DNA from: Elusimicrobiota bacterium
Lineage (GTDB): Bacteria; Elusimicrobiota; Elusimicrobia; UBA1565
DNA: 55,336 bases
Direction of reading: 5' to 3'
Assembly: GCA_043819795.1 (NCBI GenBank)
Contig: JBDREN010000230.1
Span: 1 to 55,336 of the forward strand
Below are positions 13,101-22,100 of the stretch, piece by piece. The notes beneath the pieces were generated by a model. That model was not told where the DNA came from and searched no databases. It saw only the letters and a list, made by a program, of their open reading frames with translations. Position numbers and translations under genes: made by a program. Within the stretch, counting starts at the first letter, position 1; each line of letters opens with the position of its first letter.

Positions 13101-16100
13101 CGTCGAACCCGAAGAAGCCCCGGCGGAATGTCGTGCCCTGCGTCCCCACGCGGATGATGGTGCTGGTGCCTCCTCCAGTCGCTTGTTGCCCGATGGTGCC
13201 GACGACCTCGCCGTTGGCGTAAGGCGTCGAAAGGCCCGTGGTGGAGAACGCCACCTCCGTCTGAGTCAGCGTGGAGAGGGCGCTGCCAGCGGGCTTGGAA
13301 GTCAGCGTCCATTGATAGCTCAGAGGGTAGCCCTCCGGGTCCGAGCTGCCCGACCCGTCCACCGTCGCGGTGGCGTACTGCCGGACGGTGACGTCCGGCC
13401 CGGCGTCGGCGACCGGGGCCTGGTTCGGCGGGCGCACGAAGTAGAGGATGCGCTGGTTGTAGGGGTCCGCGAGCGCGACGTTGCCCAGGCGGTCCACAGC
13501 CACCCCCCTGACATCCTTGGTCGCGCTGGCGGTGGGCGACGGGGTGGATGAAGTGGTGAAGTTGGGTTTGCCCAGCACCGACGCGGCGTCCATGCCGGTC
13601 GCGAACGGCGGCTGGAAGAGCACGGCCCGGCGATTCGACTGGTCCGCGACGAAGAGGCCGCCCTTGTAGTCGAACGACAGCGCCTCGGGGAAATAGAGGC
13701 TGTCCTGATCGGTGCCGCTGCTCACTCCGTCGGCGGACTCCTGGCCGAGGAACATATCCCCGGCCATCCCGGTGGTGAAGCCGTTCACCGGATCCGGCGA
13801 GAAACGGACGACGCGGTGGCGGACCCGATCGACTACATACAGCTTCCCGTCGGCGTCGAACGCGACGTCTTCAGGATTGTAGAACTTGCTGTCTCCGGAC
13901 CCGGAGCTCCCCTGTCCGAACCCCGTCTGGCCGATCACGATGTCCGCCAGCTGCCCGTCGGTCGAGGGATTGGGGAACCGGATCACCCTGTGGTAATAGG
14001 GGTCCGCGACCCACAGATTGCCCTCGCTGTCAAAGGCCAGGCCGGCCGGCCGGCCCGCGCGGTCGGCGCTATTGCCGAGATATCTTGTCGTGAAGCTTGC
14101 CTGGCCGAGCACCAGATCGGCGTCCATGCCGTTGCTAAAAGGCGGAGTGAAGCGCACCGCGCGCATATTGTAGTTGTCGGCGACCCAGAGCCTTCCGGTA
14201 TGATCGAACGCCAGACCCACCGGGTTGTTGAACTTATCCGCGGCGCAGCCATAGCCGGTGCCGCTCAGGCTCTCTTGGCCCAGCACCAGCGACGGCTGCT
14301 TGCCGGTGGTCAGCGGCTGGTCGAAGCGCAGGATCCGGTCCTCGCTCACCGAACTGACCCACAGGTTGCCCCCGCTGTCGAAGACCAGACGGTCGGGGAC
14401 CTGCGGGGAGCTCGCCCCGGAGATGAAGTCGTTGCGAAGCAGGACAACGTCGGCGGCCTGGCCGTTCTGGAACCGGCCCGGGTTGGGGGTCGGCGGAGGC
14501 CCGACGATGATCTCAACCGTGTCCGAGACCTGGCCGAGCGGCTTGCCGTCGTCGGCCGTGAGCCGCACGATGTAGGTGCCGATCTTGTCGGCCAGGAAGG
14601 CCGCCTGGCTCTCCCCGACGCGGTGGTGGAGGATGGCCCTGGTCCCCGCGGGCTTGGAGACGAGCTCCCAGGTGACGGTCACCGGGTCTCCGTCGGCATC
14701 GCCGACCCCGCTCGAGCTCAGGATCACGAGCTCGCCCTTGGCGACGTTCTGGTCGGGCCCCGCGCTCACGGTGGGCGGGGTGTTGAAGAGCGCGACGGTG
14801 ACCGTGGCCGTGTTGGTCGATGAGACGGAGCCGTCATTGACCTTATAAAGGAAAGTGTCGAGCCCGTCGAAGGCTGGGTTGGGCGTGTAGGTGAAGGTCC
14901 GGAAATCCAGACCGAGCGATACGGAGCCCTCCGCCCCGGGGATGAACTGGACCACCCGTAGCGAGGCATTCGGGGTGTCCACGTCCGCGTCGTTGTCCGC
15001 CACGTCGAAGCTGATCGCCTGCGGGGCGCCCCCGGGCATGAACTGGGTGTCGTCCACCGCGACCGGCGGGTCGTTGACCGCCGTGACGGTCACGGTGACG
15101 GCGGCGGTGCCCTCGGAGCCCGGCGTGCCGTCGTTGTTGTTGTAGGTGAAGGTCTCGGTCCCGAAGAAGTCGCGCGCGGGCTCGTAGATGACGCCGGTCC
15201 CGCCCTCGGCGATCCGCACCGTGCCGCCCTGGCTGCCCTGGGTGACCGCGGCGACGCTCAGGGTCTCGCCCGTGTCGGGCGCTGTCGAGTCGTTGGCCAG
15301 GACGGCGATGGCCGTGGGTCCGGGGTCCTCGGCCACCGTGGCCGCGTCGGCGCTGGCCGTGGGCGGATCGTTCACCGGGGTCACGGTCACCGTGACGAAG
15401 CCGGTGGCGTTCGAGCCGGGCGTGCCGTCGTTCATCGTGTAGCTGAAGCGTTCGGTGCCGAAGAAGTCGCCGGGAGGCGTGTAGCTCAAAGCCGAGCCGC
15501 CGCCGGTGATGGCGACCGTCCCGCCCTGCTCGCCTTGCGTGACCGCGGTGATCGTCAGCGTCTCGCCCGTATCGGGCGCGATCGAGTCGTTGGCCAGGAC
15601 GTCGATCGGGTCGGCCCACGAGTCCTCGGCCACGGTCGCCGCGTCGTCGTTGGCCGTGGGCGCGTCGTTCGTCGGCGTGACGGTGATCGTGACGGTGGCC
15701 GACACGTCCGAGCCGGGCGTTCCGTCGTTGATCGTGTACGTGAAGGTGTCGGCGCCGGAGAAGTCCGCCGGAGGCTGGTAGGCCAGCCCCGTCCCGCCGC
15801 CCGAGATCAGGACCGAGCCGCCCTGGCTGCCCTGGGTGACCGCGGTGATCTTCAGGGTCTCTCCCGCGTCCGGAGCGTCCGAGTCGTTGGCCAGGACGTC
15901 CACGGCCCTCACGCCCGAGTCCTCGGCGATCGTCTGCTCGTCGTCGTTGGCCGTCGGCGGGTCGTTGAGAGGCTTGACCGTCGCGATCACGGTCGCGGTG
16001 TCGTCGGAGCCGGGCGTGCCGTCGTTGACCGTATAGGTGAACGTCTCGGTCCCGAAGAAGTCGGCGGCCGGCTGGTAGGTGAGGCCGGTCCCGCCGCCCG

Positions 16101-19100
16101 TGATGAGCACGGTCCCGCCCTCGGAGCCCGGGGTGACCGCGCTGATCGTCAAGGTCTCGCCCGTGTCCGGGGCGATGGAGTCGTTGGCGAGCACGTCGAC
16201 GGCGGTCGCCGCCGAATCCTCGTCGACCGTCGTCGCGTCGCCGGCGGCCGTGGGCGGGTCGTTGCCGACCTCGACGGTCATCGTGACCTCCGCGGCGGCC
16301 TCCAAAGCGCCGTCGCTGATCGTGTACGAGAAGGTCTCGGTCCCGAAGAAGTTGGCCGCGGGCTTGTACGTCACTTTCTTCCCGCCGTCCGCGATCTCGA
16401 CCGCGCCCGCCTCGGTCCCCTCATCGCAGGGGGCCGGCGTGACGGACGTGATCATCAGGATCTCGCCCACGTCCGGGGCGATGGAATCGTTGGCCAGGAC
16501 GTCCACGGTCCTGGCAGGGGAGTCCTCCGGCACCGTCTCGGCGTCGTTGTTTGCCGTGGGCGGGTCGTTGACCGGCGAGACCGTCACGCTTACGTTCGCG
16601 GTGGCGTCCGAGCCGGGCGTGCCGTCGTTCATGGTGTAGGTGAAGGAGTCCTGCCCGAAGTAGTCGGCCGCCGGCTGGTACGTGAGTCCCGCCCCTCCCT
16701 CGGTGATGAGGACCGTGCCGCCAGCGCTGCCCTGCGTGACCGCGGTGATCGTCAGGGTCTCGTCCGCGTCGGGCGCGATGGAATCGTTGGCCAGCACGTC
16801 GATCGGGGTCGCGCCCGAGTCCTCGGCCGCCGCCGCCGCGTCGTCGACCGCGGTCGGCGGGTCGTTGGCCGGAGTGACCGTTACGGTAACGGTGCCGTCC
16901 GCGTCCGAGCCCTCCGTGCCGTCGCCGAGGCCGTAGGTGAAAATGTCGGTCCCGAAGAAGTCGGGCGGCGGCTGGTAGGTGACTCCCGTCCCGCCGCCGG
17001 TGACGATGACGGCGCCTCCCTCGGTCCCCTGCGTGACGGCGGTGATCGTCAGGGCCTCGCCCAGGTCCGGGGCGATGGAGTCGTTGGCCAGGACGTCGAT
17101 CGCGGTGGCCCCGGAGTCCTCCGCCACCGTCGGCTCGTCGGGGGTCGCCGTGGGCGGATCGTTGACCGGCGTCACGGTCACGGTCACGGAGGCGGCGGCC
17201 GAGGAGCCGGCCACGCCGTCGGTGGCGACGTAGGTGAAGGTGTCGGTCCCGAAGTAGTCGGCCGCGGGCTCGAAGGTGAGCCCCGTCCCGGCGCCTGTTA
17301 TGAGCACCGCGCCGCCCGCGGAGCCCTGGCTGACCTCGATGATCGTGAGGGTCTCGTCCGGATCGGGGGCGGTCGAGTCGTTGGCCAGCACCTCGATCGC
17401 CGTGGCGCCGGCGTCCTCGGCCAGCGTGGCCTCGTCGTCGGCGGCCGTGGGCGGGTTGTTGGCCTTCACGGTGATGGTCACGGTGGCCGTATCGTTGGAG
17501 CCGGGCGTGCCGTCGTTGACGATGTAAACGAAGGAGTCGGCGCCCGAGTAGTCGGCGGGAGGCTGGTAGGTGAGCCCGGAGCCTCCGCCCGTGATGACCA
17601 CCACGCCGCCCGACGCGCCTTGGGAGACGCCGGCGATGCTCAGGGTCTCGTCAGCGTCGGGCTCGATCGTGTCGTTGGCCAAGATATCGATCGCGTTCGG
17701 CCCGCTGTTCCGCGCGACCATGGCCGAATCGTCGCCGGCCACCGGCGGGTCGTCGTGGAGCATCTCCACCGTGAGGGTGATCGAGCGCTGCTCGGAGACG
17801 CCGCCCTCCGCGTCGCGGGCCTCGAGGACCACCGTCACGGAGCCGAAGAAGTCCTGTCGCGGATGGACGTGGATCGTGTTGTCGTAGGTCTGGCCCTCGC
17901 CGCGGAGGCGGAACTCGCCGCTCGCCGGGTCCATGCCGATCGTGACGACCGGGATCCCGGGATCACCGCCGGTCGAGCCGTCCGCGGTCCCGAAGGCCGC
18001 GATGATCTCCTCCATGTTCGCGATGCGGAACTGCATCGTGTCCTTCGAGGAGTCCGAGTCCGTGGCGTAGTCCCGGAGGTCGAAGGGCCCCGGATGGAGG
18101 GCGGCGTCCTCGTCCGACGAGATGTCGGGCATCGCCCCCAGCGCCGGCGCGTCGTTGACGCCGGTGACCGTCACCTCCACGTTGGCCGTGTCCTCGTAGC
18201 CGGACGTCCCGTCGTTGATCACGTAGTTGAAGCTGTCCACGCCCGCGAAGTCGGGGGCGCTTTGGAAGCTCAGCCCGAAGCCGTCCTCGTCGATAGTGAC
18301 CGTGCCCCCATACAGCCCCTGGGTGACGGCGATGACGGTGAGCGTGTCGCCGTCCACGTCGAAGTCGTTGGCGAGGACGTCCAGCGAGACCAGCGAGTCC
18401 TCGGCCGCCACGCCGAAGTCGCCGTACGCGACCGGCACGTCGTTGACCGAGTTGATGGTGACCGTGAAGGAACGCGTGTTGGACTCCGCGCCCTCGCCGT
18501 CGCGCGCCGCCACGGTGACCGTCGCGGCGCCGAAGAAGTGCTCATAGGGGTGCACGTGGAGGGTGTTGTCGTACCGCTGTCCGTCTCCCCGGAGGGCGAA
18601 GTCGCCGCTGTTGGGGTCCTCCCCGATGGTCACGACCGGGAGGTCGGGGTTCCCGCCGGTCGAGCCGTCCGAGACGCCCAAGGCCGCGATGATATCCTCC
18701 AGGTTCGTGATGCGGAACTCCAGCGTCTCGTCCGAGGAGTCGATGTCGGTCACGAACTGTCGAAGACCGATCAGGCCCGGGTGGACGGCCGTGTCCTCGT
18801 TCAAGGTCACGTCGGGCAGGGGGGCCAGCACGGGCGCGTCGTTGGCCGCGACGACGCTGACGGCGAAGGTCTGCTGGTTGGAGACGGCGCCCTCCGGGTC
18901 CCGGGCCTCGATGAGCGCCGTGGCCGTGCCGTAGAAGTCCTTGCGCGGGTGGACGTGGACCGTGTTGTCGTAGGGCGTGCCCGGTCCGCGCGGACGGAAG
19001 GCGCCGCTGTCGGCGTCCCCTCCCAGCGTCACGACCGGCACGCCGGGGTCCGTGCCCGCCGTGCCGTCGGTGAGGCCGAAGGCCGCGATGAGGTCGTCCA

Positions 19101-22100
19101 TGTTGGCGATCCGGAACTCGAGGCTCTCCGGGGGCGAGTCCGGGTCCGAGGCGTGCTCCCGCAGGTCGTAGGGGCCCGGATGCGCGCTCGAGTCCTCGTC
19201 CACCGTGACGTCCGGATAGGACCCCAGAGCCGGCGGGTCGTTGACCTGTCCCAGGGTCACGGTGACCGTGGCCGTGGCCGTGGAGCCGAGCGTGCCGTCG
19301 TCGATCGTGTACGTGAACGTGTCGGTGCCGGCGAAGTTGAACGCTCCCTGGTAGGTGATCTTCGTGCCGTTTTCGACGATCTCCACGGTTCCGCCCCCGC
19401 TCGGATCGGAGATGTCGACGATCGTCAGCGCGTCGCCGTCGATGTCGGAGTCGTTGTTCAGCACGTCGATCGTGACCGAAGACTCCTCCTCGGTCTCGGC
19501 GGCGTCGTCCTGGGCGACCGGCAGGTCCGGCGCGGGGTCGACGAAGACGTTCACCGACCGCTGGTTGGAGAGCGCCCCTCCCGCATCGCGGGCCTCGAGG
19601 ACCACCGTCCCGGAGCCGGAGAAGTCCTTGCGGGGATGGACGCGCAGGGTGTTGTCGTAGGTCTGGCCCTCGCCCCGCAGCTGGAAGCTGGCGCTGTTGG
19701 GGTCCAGGCCGAGGGTGATGGCCGGGATGCCCGGGGTCCCGCCGGTCGAGCCGTCGGAGAGCCCGAAGACGGCGATGATCTCGGGGAGGTTCACGATCCG
19801 GAACTGCACGGTGCCGGTGGGGGAGTCCACGTCGAAGATGAAGTCGCGGAAGTCGTGGGGGCCTTCGGCGGTCTGCTGGTCCTCCGTGAGGGTGTGGTCG
19901 GGAATCTCCTTGAGCGTGGGAGCGTCGTTGACCGCGTTGACGGTCAGCGTGAAGGAGCGCTCCTCGGAGAGCCCGCCGTCCTCGTCCCGGGCCTGCACGG
20001 TCACGGTGGTCGAGCCGAAGAAATCGGCCCGCGGGTGGACGTGTATGGTGTTGTCCGCCGCGCCGACGTTGGGGCGCAGCGAGAAGAGGCCGCTGTCCCG
20101 GTCCTCGCCGATCGTCACGACCGGGATCTCGGGCGGCCCGCCGGTCGATTCGTCGGAGACCCCGAACGCGGCGATGATGTCGTCCATGTTCGTGATGCGG
20201 AACCGGAGGCCCTCGACCGCGGAGTCGACGTCCGCCGCGAACTCCCGCAGGTCCTGCTCCCCGGGGTGGACGCCGGTGTCCTCGTCGAGGGTCAAGTCCG
20301 GGATCTCCGCCAGGTACGGCGGGTCGTTGACCGAGGCGACCGTGACCGTGAAGGAGGACTGGATTGAAACGGCCCCGTCCGCGTCCCGGGCCTCCAGGAT
20401 GACCGTCACGGTCCCATGGTAGTCGTGCCGGGGGTGGACGCGGATGATGTTATCGTGCGCGGTCAGCTCGCCACGGACCGCGAACTCGCCGCTGTCCGGG
20501 TCGTCGCCGATGCTCACCACCGGGATGTTCGGGTCGCCGCCGGTCGTGCCGTCCGTCATCCCGAGCTCGGCGATCACGTCGGCCAGGTTGGCGATGCGGA
20601 ACTCCAGCGTGTCAGCCGGGGAGTCCGCGTCCGTCACGTAGGCCCTCATGTCCTCGCGCGCGGGGCGGACGTTGGAGTCCCCGTTGTCCTCGTCGATGGT
20701 CAGGTCCGGATGCGCGCCGAGCGCGGGGGGATCGTTGACGGATTTGACGGATATGGTAACGCGGCCGGCCACGTTTGATTCCCGACCTTCGTCCGCGGCT
20801 ATGTAGGTGAAGAATGCCTCGCCGTGGAAGTCCTGGGCGGGCGTGTAGGAGAAGGTCCGGCCGTCCTCGCCCAAGGTCAGCTGACCGCTCTCCGGGTCGG
20901 TATGGGACGCGACCCGCAGCTGAGCGTTCGGCGTGTCTCCGTCGGTGTCGTTGTCCACGACGTCGAAGTCGAAGGCGGTGTCCTCGTCGGTCGCGACCAG
21001 GTCGTCGACCGCCTCGGGGGCGTGCGCCACGAAGATCTGCGCCGAGTCCTGGGTCTGGTCCTGCCCGTCGCTCACGGTCAGCGTGGCGGTGTAGGTGCCC
21101 GGCGCGTCGGTGGTGAAGAAGGGGACCTTGCTTTCGGCCCCGTGAAGCACCGCCGAGCTCCCCGGGGGCTTGTCGAGGGTCCAGTTGATGGTGATCCCGT
21201 TGCCGTCGGCGTCGCCGCCGTCCCCGTCCAGGCGCACAAACGCCCCGACGTAGGTGTTCTGGTCCGGCCCCGCGTACGCTTGGGGCGCCGTGTTGCTGGC
21301 GGAGGTGTAGGTGAGGCACACCTGGGGCCAGCGGGCGGGCGCATAGCCCATATATTCCGAGGTGTAGATGCTCGCGACTTGGAAGTCGCACCCATAGGTT
21401 GAGTAGCTCCTCTCAAAGGACGGGCTCCAGAGTCGGAGCTGGACCTTGCGGTCCCCGATGACCGCGGCCACGCCGTTGGTGATGTTGACTTGAAACTGCG
21501 AAAACTTCGCGGCGTCGAACTGGCCGGCGTTGGAACGGAGCACGGGGGAGTTGAAGACGCTGGCCAAAGGCTGCAGATAGGGGAAGTCGACGATATCCAC
21601 CTGGATGGGGTGGCTGGGGCTCCATTCGTCGGAGTCGGGCCCGGTGTTCACCCGAAGGGTCGCGTTCTGCAGTTGGACGCTCTGGGGCAGGGTATAGAAA
21701 TCGAAGCCCATGAAGGCCCTGTAGTGCGTTCCGCACCAATAGCCCACATAGGCCCAATCGCCTATACTGTCGTCGATGACATAGTTCCCGCTCTTGCCGC
21801 GACCGATCATGGCGTCGCCGAAAGGTCCCAAGTCATTCGTTGTGGGGTAGGAGCAGACCGTTCCCGCGGCCCCGGCCAGCGCCTTCTCCGCGATGATCTC
21901 CACCGTGTCCAACGCCTGCCCGAACTTCTCGTCGGTCACGGTCAGCTTCAAGATGTAGGAGCCTTCCATGTCCGGGGTGAATACCGGCGTGGCGGTATTC
22001 GCCGCTTGCAGCCCGGTGCTGCTGCCGAAGGGGGTTTCCATGGTCCAACCGTAGCTTAGGCTGTGCCCGTCCGGATCGCTGGCCAACGCGGCCATGGTGA

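Noticed and set aside
15076..17757. Regularly spaced DNA repeats considered as a CRISPR array or a DGR template/variable repeat pair
   Set aside because: The period is ~297 bp, in frame and protein-coding, with synonymous variation. No cas or reverse transcriptase gene is present, and I saw no adenine-specific mismatch pattern.
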